DNA of 64,000 bases from Octopus sinensis (Eukaryota): NCBI RefSeq assembly GCF_006345805.1, contig NC_042997.1, positions 138,880,001 through 138,944,000 on the forward strand, read 5' to 3'. The notes under the pieces are model-generated. The model saw only the letters and a list, made by a program, of their open reading frames with translations, was not told the DNA's origin and ran no database searches. A program made the position numbers and the translations under genes. Positions 39,378 through 52,554 of the stretch are shown here, piece by piece (the stretch's first letter is position 1; every line of letters begins with the position of its first letter).

Positions 39378-39637
39378 TTGTGATACTGACGATATTCGAT
39401 GATATAGACTAGTTCTTCTTTTCGAGTTTATGTTATCCATGTTCAGAGATTGGGATTGGATTTGTGCAAATCCTTTCCCCACTATAAAAAAATTATCATG
39501 CACAAGCATCACTTGAAAAAAAAAAACGTAAGACCTATCACAGAAATGGTTGGTCGTAGCCTTCGCCTGTGTGGACTTTCGATCAGGCGATAGCAATATT
39601 CGAACACGAGCTTGCAGCCATCATGTATGTATGTATC

Positions 39638-39669
<32 letters not shown>

Positions 39670-39675
39670 TGTATG

Positions 39676-39709
<34 letters not shown>

Positions 39710-39840
39710 TGTATGTATGTATGTATGTATGCATGTATGTATGTATGTATGTATGTATGTATGTATGTATGTATGTAGTATGTATGTATGTACGGTAGGT
39801 AGGTAGGTAGGCAGGTAGGTATATATTTACAAAATCTGGA

Positions 39841-40035
39841 TGGAACTTGAACATTTCATGTTGGAATGTGCGCACTCTGTTGGATGACAAGAGTGATTGT
39901 TGGCCTGAAAGATGCACTGCACTTGTTGCTCACGAGCTGAACCGTTATAACCTTGATATAGCTGTACTTTCAGAGACTCGTATAGAAGGTGATGGTCAGC
40001 TTGAGGAAGTAGGTGGATGCACCATTTTTTGGAAG
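39841..40035 (+). mobile_element. RTE (BovB-like) APE endonuclease N-terminal fragment
   Basis: WNVRTLLD...PERCTALVAHELNRYNLDIAVLSETRIEGDGQLEE. Confidence 0.85.
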
Positions 40036-40842
40036 TGCGTGTGTGCGTGTGTGTGTGCGTGCGTGTGTGTGCGTGCGTGTGTGTGAGTGAGTGTGTGAGC
40101 AGATAAACTAAAAGAAAAGGTAAGCTAAAGCCTGAAGTAAACAGGCTTCTGTTAGAGGCCTGCGAATCTTTAACATACATATTCGTAGATGTGAATGTGA
40201 GAGGAAGGGAGACAGACAGACAAACATGCATACAGATACAGACAAAGGTGACAAAAATGTAAAAATAATTAACTAACGAAAATGCGTACACGTAAACAAA
40301 AACAAAGACAACAAAACAGGAAAGAAAAAAAACAACTAAATTATTCGGCTTCAACTCTGAATGTTATTTTTCCTGTTAATTCTCAAACGATAATGATAGT
40401 ACAAAACTATAGGAGTTAACTAATTAATTATTACGAGAAGACCTGTTCCATTGTATTGAATTATGCAACAATTGCTTGTTTTTTAGACCTACAGTTCATT
40501 GCATTTATACCCGGCGTACCAATCTCAAAGAATGAAGAGAGAAGATTAAAGCATAAAAATAAATAAATAAACAAACCTTTTAGCAAAGTGTACAGCTCAT
40601 TCGCTGAAAAATAATATTTTGCTATAAATACATAACGAACTGCACTTGTCTAGACAGGAAAAAAAATCGACTCGGATTATTTCGAGTTGGGTTCTATTAA
40701 CGTTACTGAGCATCAAGGATTTGGTTTGTCTTTAGAAACATACTTGACTACAGAGGAGAAATATAATAGTGTTTAAGTAGACAGGAACTGTAGCCACGAT
40801 CCTCTTTAAGTGACATTTAGGCGGCGAATCTTGTTAACATCA

Positions 40843-40917
40843 TATATAAGAAGACCGCGACGTGTGTCTCATTGTGCCGTCCAGGTATTTATACTTGCGT
40901 GTGGATGGAAAGTAAGT
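40843..40917 (+). promoter_or_regulatory. Candidate Pol II core promoter and short first exon
   Basis: TATATAAG 40843-40850, Inr-like TCATTG with A at 40871 (28 nt after the first T), donor AAA|GTAAGT at 40912; non-repetitive, locally CpG-containing. Motif evidence only. Confidence 0.3.
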
Positions 40918-40955
40918 TTTCGTATATGTGGTAGTGGGAGTGAGAGAGGAAATAA

Positions 40956-40988
<33 letters not shown>

Positions 40989-41037
40989 TATGTGTGTGTG
41001 TGTGTGTATGTATGACTGCATAAATTTGTATATATAC

Positions 41038-41105
<68 letters not shown>

Positions 41106-41592
41106 TAATAATAATAATAATATAATAATAATAATAATAATAATATTAATAAAGGGTAAAATTAATTAATCAATTTATAATTAATAATTTTGCCAAGTAG
41201 TTCGGTATGTTAAAAGAATCATTATCGGTAAACTTTTATAAAAAAATTTATAATTATAAACATAATTATAATTAGGGCTTAGCAAAATTGCTTCACCGCA
41301 TAGCGAAATTTAGAAATAGCAGTTAAATATTATTCTACTACCATAAGATATCTCCCAGACAACAATACTCTCAACTCACACGGGCAAAGAGAAAAAATAA
41401 CGAATCCACCCGGCTTTGATTAACATCTTGTCTTGGCTACACGCTGGTGGGAAGGGGTTGGTGACACAAACTTTCATTCACACTTTGAATTTGGTGATAC
41501 TGGTAACGGTTTTAGCTCGCTCTGATACTGAGTTGAGATGATGCCTTATAGTATCTCGAAATTTAATATACAATTATTCATAATTGTAGTGT

Positions 41593-41683
41593 CCTACGCT
41601 GATGAGAAAAGAAGTTGGGTAAGACATAATTATCTAATTCTTATGCTTTCCTAAAACTTAATTTCGAAACGTACGTCCGTAGG
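41593..41683 (+). ncRNA. Type I HHR, fully canonical core with GUC cleavage site
   Basis: CCTACG-CTGATGA-GAAA...TTTC-GAAAC-GTAC-GTC^CGTAGG. Perfect 6-bp stem I, long irregular stem II (AAGTT/AACTT, CATAA/TTATG), palindromic ACGTACGT stem III; predicted cut after 41677. Confidence 0.88.
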
Positions 41684-41869
41684 TGACTTAAAATTGTATG
41701 ATAGATTGCCGTCATTTCTTTCTCTCTTGCCTGTCTGTGTTTGCCTTTCAAGTGCTGTGGTTTTACTGAGATCTCCCTTTTAGTAGAAAGAATAGCTATA
41801 ACTCTTTGACTGCTATTTCTAAATTCGGTGTGTGGTGAGGCAAATCGTTGCTAAACCCTTAATTACTTA

Positions 41870-41914
<45 letters not shown>

Positions 41915-41971
41915 ATATATATAACAATGATAAATCTCAGAGCGAGTTATAAACAGTAGCGGCAACACATC

Positions 41972-42142
41972 GTGACATATATTTGCCATTTGAATATGGC
42001 TAACCCCTAAGGGTGGATGCTACTGATAGGGCACAGAAAGTGTGTCTATAGCCAGCTGGAGGAAGTGTCTTCCTGGGGCTACAAACTACAGTAGCATCCA
42101 CCCTCAGGGGTTGGCCATATTCAAATGACAAATATACGTCAC
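41972..42142. repeat. Inverted repeat with 54-bp arms (41972-42025, 42089-42142)
   Basis: GTGACATATATTTGCCATTTGAATATGGCTAACCCCTAAGGGTGGATGCTACTG and its reverse complement, about 4 mismatches. Confidence 0.9.
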
Positions 42143-42183
42143 TATATATATATAACCACTACACATTTTTTCTCTCCTTGTTC

Positions 42184-42219
42184 CTTTCTGTGGAAGAGCG
42201 TAGGCTCGAAATGTAAAAG
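42184..42219 (+). ncRNA. Minimal HHR motif, CUGUNGA variant family
   Basis: CTTT-CTGTGGA-A-GAGC-GTAG-GCTC-GAAAT-GTA-AAAG. Confidence 0.5.
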
Positions 42220-42318
42220 ACTTTTTCAATTCCCGAGCGTGATTCTAATACATGTGTTTGTTTTCTACAACACCTCTCTTCGTCGTTTGTTTTTTTTCGT
42301 GAATTCTCTCTCTCTCTT

Positions 42319-42497
<179 letters not shown>

Positions 42498-43505
42498 TAT
42501 CACATAGCCTATATGAAGGCTTATGGCGTAGTGGTTGGGGTGTCGCACTCATGGTTTCAATTCCTTGACAAGGTTGTGTGCGTTGTGTTCTTGGGCAAAA
42601 CATTTCATTGCACGTTGCTCTGTAATCACTTCGACATCTGTCGCATGGTGTCCCATGCACCGTGCACCTGTTCAGAAAAACATCGATTTGATGGAAGGTG
42701 TGAGCTAATGGGCAGCACGAATATTTGATCGCTATAAAAAAAATCATTTGTGCAAGTAGCTCGGCAACAGTTAGCTCTCGTACGTCGATCTCGATGGGAG
42801 AGCCCCCAACCATACATCCCGTGTATGTGTGTGTGTATGTGTGTGCATGCGTATGTATTGCATATAACATATTCAATACACACACACTAACACGTATGCA
42901 AGCTTCTTTATACGTATGCACACACCCGTGCACACATGCAAACAGATATTTCTTTGGCTGCAAGCATTTCGAGGTTTGTCCTGTGTTTGTGGGGAGGAAA
43001 AAAGACGCAAAGATGCCCACACATCGCAGTTGATACTCTCAGATACATGTGCAACACGAGTCGTTAAACAAACAAAAAACAAAAGCAGGCAAGTTGGCCA
43101 GACACAACAAACACCGCTGGTTTTATGTGAGAACGTCCCTTTCCCCACGTTCATTTACATAAATGTGTTAATACGCACACACACACACACACATACACAC
43201 ATACACACATATGCAAATGCAAGTATGTGCTTTACTGAATTTCTGTTGACTCTCTAGAGTTCATTCACCCTTTGACTGCTTGTGTTATTCATGGTACTGG
43301 GTATTCTGAAGTCATATGCATCACCATGCGAGTTTGGGACGGATATGTTACTATTTTAGTTTCCAACGGCTCTATCATCCACAGGCAGAACTGGATTAGA
43401 TAAATTACCAGTAGTTAGTCTCTGGTTTTCACTTGCCAATTCTGACAACAATTCTATGTTTATCTTTCTCGACTAGGTATATCTGAAGATCTTTCTCTCT
43501 GGTTG

Positions 43506-43698
<193 letters not shown>

Positions 43699-43923
43699 TT
43701 ATCTATCTGACTGTCTGTCTACATTTGCACACAAATATTTATATACATACAGATACTCACGCGCGAGAAGACACACACCCCCACCCACACACAAATACAC
43801 GCACAAACAAACAAGCAAACACATATGAATGTAGATACCCAGGAACAGTTACCCCAACCAATTGACAGACAGGAAGAGAGAACATGGTTGAAATAGAGTA
43901 TCGAAAATGTGCCTTTTAGCGTA

Positions 43924-43996
<73 letters not shown>

Positions 43997-44017
43997 GAGA
44001 GAGAGAGAGAGAGAGAG

Positions 44018-44095
<78 letters not shown>

Positions 44096-44859
44096 CTATT
44101 GCGGTTAGGAGTTCCGCTTAGCCCTTTTCGATTCAGTCGACTCAATTTTCAACCTCTCCACAGCGGATATTGGCCTTGTGCTTAATCAAAAAGAAATCGA
44201 TTCAGACGTTTGAGAATGCTGTTGAGACATAAGCGAAATCAAAGACTACAAAATTAAAACTTCACAGCAGTATTTAGTTCTAAAGAACTTCAAAGTAAAA
44301 GTATAAGAGTCCTAGGAAACTGATTGGGAATTACTACATCAGCAGTATTTCAGTTCAATAAAGTTCAAGGACCATCCTTGCCTTAAACGTTAGAATTCTC
44401 TTGCAGACGTTACGCAAATTATATCCGATTCTATTGAACTTTAGCATTACAAAACGGCAGATATAATGTATTGCATCGACTTAAATATAAGCGGCGGTAT
44501 AGTTTATTTAGTTTTTAAAATCTTTGTTGTCTTTTTTCTTTTATCCTCTATTCGTTTTCAGTCATTGGACTGCCCAGAAGGGTTTTTAGTCGAAGAAATT
44601 GACCCCAGATTTTTTTTTAGTTTTGGTACTTGTTCCCGTGAAGTTACAAGGATGTAAAAAAAAAGAAAAGAAAAAAACCGACACCGGTTGTGATGCGATG
44701 GTGGTGGGGACAATCAAAATACAAAGACAGACACACACACATACGCATACACACACACATATACTTTCATACGCACATACACACAGAGATACACGAAGAC
44801 ACACACACACACAGACGCAGTATAATTCGGGTGAAAACCTCGTAACGTGCGTATAAGAG

Positions 44860-45200
44860 GTATTATGTCGTTATTTGGCTACCAACACGATATCCTGCAG
44901 CGGGGCATGTTCCAAGGCTTAATACGCATATGGAACTCCTCTTTGTATAAGCTCAAAGGCAAAAGGAAAACAGGAACTCGCCACCAAAGAAGAGCGCACG
45001 CGACGGAAGTAAAAACCAGTTGCACCGGTAGAGAGCTCCTTCAAATGCAGTCGCTGCATGCGTGACTACCATTCCCGTGTGGGCCTCTATTGTCACAACA
45101 GACGCCGTACCACCATCAGCAGCTGACACGATTTCTTTGGGCGCAGATCCATGGCTTCTTGAGACCAACTGATGACAACTACTAATACAACAATAACATA
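44860..45200 (+). mobile_element. RTE LINE 3' end
   Basis: FKCSRCMRDYHSRVGLYCHNRR C-terminal Cys/His motif, short 3' UTR and a (CAA/TAA)-like tail. Confidence 0.7.
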
Positions 45201-45319
45201 ACTCGTGGATAAAAGATATCAGACTTTAATAGTAGATCACAACGTTGTGATCTACTATAAAAAAGTATGTTACCTTTCACCCCAGTGTTATATTTTCTTT
45301 ATACATACATACATATATA

Positions 45320-46069
45320 TTGGATTGTCCGGAAAGTTCGTGCCGATTTCTAAAGGAAAGAAATACTTGCCTTTACACTTTTAATCAACCAAATGTGAAA
45401 TTGTTATTGCACAATGCATCTCCATCTTTCCTTTAACTTGAAAATACCCTCTTCCCAGAATTGAGGTGGTTTTATGGCAAATAATTCATCAAGGTATCTT
45501 TTTACGTCATCCAAGGAATTGAGATTTTTACCATTAAGACTATTCTGCTGAGACCTGAATAAGTGGAAATCCGAAGGAGCAATATCTGGTGAATATGGAG
45601 GATGGGGTAACACATCCCAGCCGAGCAGCAGCAATTTTTGTCTGGTTCCCAAATCATCAAGTGCCAAAAATGAACTTTCTTATCTTCCATTTTAAAGGGT
45701 TACAGAATTAAGACAGGTTATAGGAACATATTGAGAAAGTTTACGAAAAAAATAAAAGACGAAGACAGGTGGAGTACAAAACAAACAGATGTATTAGTAT
45801 AACGCTCAGGAATAGAAAAAGTCTTTTACGTTTCGAGCCTACGCTCTTCTACAGAAAGGTACACAGAAAAAACAAGGAGAGAAAAAAATGTGTGTAGTGG
45901 CTAACGATCTATCATTGCGACTGCATAAGCCTTCTTCCACGAAAAGATAGCTTAAACTGTGCTCTAAATAGAGGTGTAGTCAAATCCTATTTTATGGACT
46001 GAACCATGTTCTAAAATAAGTCGAAAGGTAAACTACTATAAATTGGCACGAACTTTCCGGACAACCCAA
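45320..46069 (-). mobile_element. Internally deleted mariner with intact TIRs, carrying an inserted HHR repeat
   Basis: TA|TTGGATTGTCCGGAAAGTTCGTGCCGATTT and AAATTGGCACGAACTTTCCGGACAACCCAA|TA; GWDVLPHPPYSPDIAPSDFHLFRS in 45404..45667. Confidence 0.9.
45823..45858 (-). ncRNA. Minimal HHR motif, CUGUNGA variant family
   Basis: CTTT-CTGTAGA-A-GAGC-GTAG-GCTC-GAAAC-GTA-AAAG; perfect stems I and II. Confidence 0.6.
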
Positions 46070-48863
46070 TATATATCTCAATGTATCGCGTACATTAGCA
46101 GATATTTTTATACATCGCAATTCACAGTGCGCTTCCAATTCTTTCCTGCATAGATGCCACGCAGTGGGACTGAGCTCGAAACTGCGTTGTTGCAAAACGT
46201 GCTTCTTAACAATATAACCATACCTGAGCCTATTTATTTATTTATTTATTTATCTTAAATACGAATTCGTGAACAATAGCGCCGTTGATTCTAGGTTTCC
46301 GATTGACTAATCTCTGGTGCAGTGCATTTCTAACGGTAAAAGTATGAAGGTGTGTAAACCATTCATAATGTATATACAAATGCAGAACAGCACCAGCAGT
46401 AGAATTTTATCAAAGAAAAACTTTTCTTTTTATACTTAGTGCGGGAAAAACCACAGTATTGCTCCGAATGACGTCAAAAGACTGTCAGACGTCGGTGTTT
46501 TGCCTTTATGATGCTTAAACGCGGGTCCTCGAATTAAACCGAATCATCGATGTCTGGGAGGTGTCTGACATCATTCAGAACATGATGTGCTTTAACCAAT
46601 ATATCAGTGGGTTTATAAGCAGTGTATTATCAAATAATTTAAGTGCAAGCACTGTTGAAATGTGCATAGAGACGTAATATGTACATTCTCGGAGCATAAA
46701 AATTTTAAAAGAAATTAGCTACAAATTTTATCGTATGTCCTATAGAACATTCACCAAAAAATACAGGTAGCAAGCAAACAAGAATATATATATATATATA
46801 TATAATTTTCGAGAGATGTCTTGGATCAACCCTAGCATTGAAAATGAAACTGGACGTGCGGAAACTACTTGGAAGTCTCTCGGGTAAGTTTTGTATATAA
46901 TTCAAAGGTGCAAATCAGACACATGTTGAGATGCTGATTCTGCCCGAAGGTTACGTTAAGAGTACACGTGTCTGTAGAATACTATTTAATTCCAAAAGTA
47001 AGTCCTTTAGTTGATTGAACAACTGATTACTCATCGTCGGAATTGACGGAGGATACAGTCATCCCGACACGCTTTAGATGTGAGTTCTCGTCGAAGTAGT
47101 TTACTTATCACTAAACACCACTGCTTCCTTCCTCCAAACTACAAATCAGAATGGAATTTCTTCTATCAATATCTACAACCAATGTCATACTTTCAAAACC
47201 GTTAAAGAAACAGTTGGCTTCAAATTTTGACACACGATCAGCAGTGTCGAGGGAGGGGATAAGTCAATTATATCGATCCTAGTACTCAACTGGCATTTAT
47301 TTTATCGACCCGGAAAGGATGAAAGCCAAAGTATACCTCGGCAGAATTTGAACTTTGAATGTAAAGACGGACGAAATGCTACTAAACATTCTTTCAGGCG
47401 GGCTAACGATTCTGCCAGCTCGCCGCCTTATACTAAAGAAACTGATAGCCATGATAGACTATTAGTCAAGGACAATTTTGGAAAACTATCATGAAGAGCG
47501 TAGATGATATCAAAGGAGCCTGTAACTAAAAAACCGAGAACTGTGTCAACAGAGTTTGGAGGAAAGTTTCTGGCTGTGGGGTAAGAAGCTGGCTTCCCAA
47601 CTATATGGTTTAATTCTCACTGCGTGGGACCTTGAGCAGGTGTCTTCTACTATAGCCATGCCTTGTGAGTGAATTTTGTAGATGGAAACTGAAAGAAGCC
47701 TATCGTATGTGTGTGTGCCCGCGCGTCTGCGTTTGTACCCCGCCACCACAGCTTGACAACCAGTGCTGGTGTGTTTAACTCTCCGTAACTTAGCGGTTCA
47801 GTAAAATATTTGAAGTAACAGGCTTCGAATATGTAAGTACTGGAGTCGATACAATCGATTAAACAATGTTAAAGACGGTACTCCAGCATGGCCGCAGTAT
47901 AATGACTGAAACAAGTACAGGTTGAAAGAAAAGATATATAAAATGTCAATAAGCAGGGACTGGAGAAGTTAATGATAGCTCATGATAAAACTTTAGCCTT
48001 AAATAGTTTCAATCTTTGGTCTGCGGCTTTACTGGGGCATTAGTCTTGGTGGATTTAGTTGAACAAATCGAACTCAATAATTTTTCTTTTTAAGCTTAGT
48101 ACTTATTCGAACGGTCACTTTTTGCTGAAGCACTAGGTTATGGGGATAGGAATGCTAACAAACAGACATAGATGGTCAATTAGTGATCGGGGTACAAACA
48201 CAAATACAAACACGCACAAAAGTATATAAGGCTTCTTTCAATTGCCGTGTACCAAATCCACTCAAAAGGCTTTAGTCGGCCCGAGGCTGTATTAAAAGAC
48301 AATTGCCCAAGGTGCCATGCAGTGGGACTGAACTTGGAACCATGGAGTTGAGAAGCATACTTCTTTCTTACCACACAATCATGTCTGCGCCAATCAAAAT
48401 GTTGCAGAAAATTAGCACAGCAACGCATCGAAATCTTTAATTAAACTGGCTTCATCATAACTTTAAATCATAATGACTATCAGCACATTGCATGAGGTTA
48501 TCTAAGGTTATTAAGTACTAAGAAGGTGTAATAGTGTGTCTCTGGATTTTTAAGTTGTTTTGGTGATGTTTACAATCTTCTTTTGTGTTCGTGTCACTGT
48601 TAAAAATAGTCTATCAACCACATATCTGTTTCTGTATGCTGTGTCAGAATGACCCCCTTCAACGTAGCATTTTTAGAAACAGATCTAGAACATTACCCGA
48701 GGTTTAATCTGTGTGTGTATGTGTGTATATATATGTATATGTGTATATATATATATATATTGGCCTGCTCGCTTAGCCAGCGGGGTGGCGTTATTCGAAG
48801 GCTAAAACAATGCGAACGCCAGCGATGTGTAGCAACATCTGATAGACTGGTCAGTCACGTGAT

Positions 48864-48905
<42 letters not shown>

Positions 48906-48928
48906 GTGTGTGTGTGTATATATACATA

Positions 48929-50527
48929 CAGTTGCGGTCAAAATGTTCAGAACGGCATTGTTTTCGTCAGAAAAGTAGGTATAAGTTTTTATTAAAGTTG
49001 CTTTATATTCTATAATTTTCACAGACAATAAATACGATATTAATTGGTATTGTCTGAGATTTTGGTGTAATTTGAGGGGATAATACAAAAGTTATGGATG
49101 ATATAGTGATTTACTGCAAAACCCAGGGTGGCCAAAATGATCAGAACGGTTGAAAAAATAACAAAATAATCAAAAATGACAGAGAATACTAGAATTATTT
49201 AATATTTAGTGTGAAGCCCTTTAGCTTCAATCAAAGTTTCACATTTGTGACTGCGTGGAGAAAGTAAATTTTCAATTTCTTGCTGGGTGATCTTATTCCA
49301 TTCTTCCTGAAGGGCATTCCATAATTGCTCGGTTGTTTTAGGATTTCTGGCTTTCAAACATTCTCCTAGAATATTCCACACATTTTCAATAGGATTGAGG
49401 TCTAGGCTTTGAGCAGGCCAATCCATAACAATAACCTTTTCAGCCTTGAGGAAGTTCATGACCACCTTAGCCTTGTAACATGAGGCATTGTCCTACATGA
49501 ATATGGGTGGTCGCTTAGTTGAATTTCTCAGCACAGGCAAGACATGATCTTTTACAAGTTGTTTATAAACTCCTGCATTTACCTTTCCATGTAATCGCAG
49601 CAAAGGGCTCACAACATCTCCAGTTATTATCCCCCAAACCATGACACTTCCTCCACCGAATTTAACACTAGTCTTAAGGCCTTTAGGTGACAATGTTTCA
49701 CCTGCTTTTCCCATCTGAGCCAAATAACATAGACTTAGATTCATCACTGAAATGCACCGTTTGCCATTTTTCTTGAGACCACAACACATGTTCGGTTGCA
49801 AAGGTAAGACGACACTTTTTATTCTTGGAGCTGATCAGCGGCTTCACTGCAGGTGCTCTTGCTTGTAGGTCATGTTCAACTAAAGGATGAGACACAGTTT
49901 TTCGAGATAAAGTTTTCTTCAGTACAATGCTCATTTCCCAAAAAACAGCAGCAGTTTTAAATCTGTCCTTTTTAACCAAATTTACCATAGCACGATCTTC
50001 TCTCTTGGTCGTTTTTCTTGGCCTACCTGTAGACTTTCTTGCTTCACACGAACCACAATCATCGTAGACCTTAAGAATACCGTGAACAACACTTTTTGAC
50101 TTGTTAACAATCTTTGCAATAGACCTAATACTTAAATTATCCTTCTTTCGAAGCTTAATAATCTGCTGACGAATTGGTAACGGAGTAAGTATTAACAAAG
50201 TACACTGCAGATATTCTTACTAATGTTTAGTAAACGAACTGTCACGTAAACAAATTCAAAACATTAGAGTTCGACGGTTAGATATACTAAAACATGGAGT
50301 AAAAGCAACCGTTCTGATCATTTTGGCCGCCATGGGTTTTGCAGTAAATCACTAAATTATTCATAACGTTTTTATTATCCTCTTAAATTACACCAAAATT
50401 TCAGACAATAACAATAATATCGTATTATTGTCTGTGAAAATTATAGAATATAAAACAACTTTGATAAAAAATTATATCTACTTTTCTGACGAAAACAATG
50501 CCGTTCTGAACATTTTGGCCGCAACTG
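48929..50527 (-). mobile_element. Full-length Tc1 transposon of IR/DR type (1599 bp) with frameshifted DD34E-type transposase
   Basis: TA flanks; about 225-bp TIRs, each with an outer and inner direct repeat (CAAAATG(T/A)TCAGAACGG). HTH and GRPRKTT, FSDESK, VKFGGGSVMVWG, WPAQSLDLNPIENVW across 49698..50198, 49493..49801 and 49199..49465. Confidence 0.93.
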
Positions 50528-50534
50528 TATATAT

Positions 50535-50601
<67 letters not shown>

Positions 50602-50778
50602 ATATATATATAATTTAAAAATAGGATAAAATCTTTAAAAGGGTTTATCAAGTAGTCAGCGGGAAAAGCCTCATAAGGGGAATTTAAAAAAATTTTCCCT
50701 TTAAATATATTTATTTTTATTAAGGGCATTACTATACATAAATGCCTCACGCTATGATTGACTCTTAAAATCAAAACT

Positions 50779-50816
50779 ACTATAATAAACACATTGTACA
50801 ATGTGTTTATTATAGT
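50779..50816. repeat. Perfect 38-bp palindrome with no spacer
   Basis: ACTATAATAAACACATTGT|ACAATGTGTTTATTATAGT. Confidence 0.95.
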
Positions 50817-51000
50817 CGAAACGAGACAGGCAACATAAAGGACATTCTCTTCATCAGTTGTCCCCTGTTTTATCTACTCCGCGTTTCGATGAGTAAGGAC
50901 AAGACGCGACTTCATTAAAACACTCCTTCCTGCAAAGCAAATTAAAATTTGGGATCTTTTGCGGAGGGCGAAAGTGGTAACAGTAACAGAACAGTGAGAA

Positions 51001-51058
<58 letters not shown>

Positions 51059-51149
51059 TAGATAAACTTAGATATGTTTCGACCAAAGATTGGTCCAGGC
51101 CATGTCTAACTTAATAGCACCACCTGATAGGATTATTCGAATCCTGTTT

Positions 51150-51860
51150 AAGTCAAGTTTTGTTTAAGTCAAGTTTTGTTCAAGTAGTGAGTTCTTGTTG
51201 GGTGAGTTGTATCCAGTTTTGTTCAAGTAGTGAGTTCTTGTTGGGTGAGTTGTATCCAATTATGGGTGGCTTATCTGGTATTCTTTGAAGGAATCTATCC
51301 AGACTCTGTTTAAAGTTGATGGGATCCTTTTCCTCTTTGATCTCCCTCGGGACAATGTTAAATAGGGCAGGGCCTGTTGAAGAAAAGAAATTATGTTGCA
51401 GTGTACATGTATGTTGTGATCTTGAATTGGGCAGGGGACGTATAGCCCGTGGTCCAAGTCCTGGATGAACCTTGAAGCTAATGTTTAGGTCGTTTGGGCA
51501 AAGTTGGCGGTATATTTTCCACATCGTACAAATGATGTACCGCTCACGGCGACGCTGGAGGGAGTAAAGTTTCAAGGCTTTAAGGCGATCCCAATAATCG
51601 AGAGCAGCCATGCCTTCAATTTGTTTAGTGAGTGCCCTCTGGGGTGACTCAATTCTGGAGATGTTTTGTCTTGTGTGAGGAGACCACAGTGGGCAGCAGT
51701 ATTCAAGGTGTGGCCGTACAAAGGAGGAAAAAAGTGGTATGATGACACCTTGTTCTCTGGACCGGAAAGTTCTTAAGATCCAGGAACTCATCCTACGAGC
51801 TATATCGACCTTCTTGTTGATGTGTGCACTCCGACTGAGATCGTCATCAACAATTACACC
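51150..51860 (-). mobile_element. 5'-truncated CR1/L2-group LINE related to 22870-25437
   Basis: FVRPHLEYCCPLWSP...YSLQRRRERY...FKQSLDRFLQRIPDKP (51180..51956); local duplications at the 3' end (51146-51260). Confidence 0.88.
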
Positions 51861-52509
51861 CATATATATATATATATACACACACAAATAGCAATTTAAG
51901 GTATACATCATTCTTATAGAACATACATAACAAATAACAGGTACAAAAAGAAACATACATAATACAGCGAAAAATATAGGTATAACCGTTAGTAGAAAAG
52001 GGTGTACAAACGCTCACACATATGTGGTCTGGCTCACGTAAACTCGCACGTACAAACGCACACGCACTTATAACCACACGTACATGCGTGGTTTGGCGCA
52101 GATACGCTCACACAGAATTAAGTAAATATTAATAGAGTCAGTGCCGATTACAGGCCAGTGATACGACTCCGGTTAGTGAGGAGTCGTAGATTCTGTGATG
52201 CGGTTCACTAGGTCTGACTGGTATACTTATCACAGATGAACAGTCATAAATACAGATCTACATACTGACATGGTAGATGTGTATTTTTTTAATGAACTGC
52301 TAATGAAACAACAGATAGCCTGTAGATCACTAGCCAGTAATAGGCACTGGCTTTATCAATATGAGTACGAGTTGTATAACATTCTGCCTAAATAATGATT
52401 CTACAAATGCAATATCCCTGCATATCTCACATCTATTTTCATTCCTCCACTTCACTCTCTATTTCGTATCATATTTAAATTAACTATTGCTTAACAATTC
52501 TCTCACACC

Positions 52510-52554
52510 GTCTCCGATGAAGGGATATAAAATATCTGGAAACAGCTGTAAGAC
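52510..52554 (+). ncRNA. Minimal HHR motif (GAAACAGCTGTA family), U4C
   Basis: GTCT-CCGATGA-A-GGGATAT-AAA-ATATCT-G-GAAAC-AGCT-GTA-AGAC. Confidence 0.55.

Noticed and set aside
46422-46518. Acceptor followed by AGKTTVLL, resembling a P-loop exon; also nearby E2F-like and CRE-like motifs
   Set aside because: The frame closes after 25 codons, there is no good donor, and such short motifs are expected by chance.
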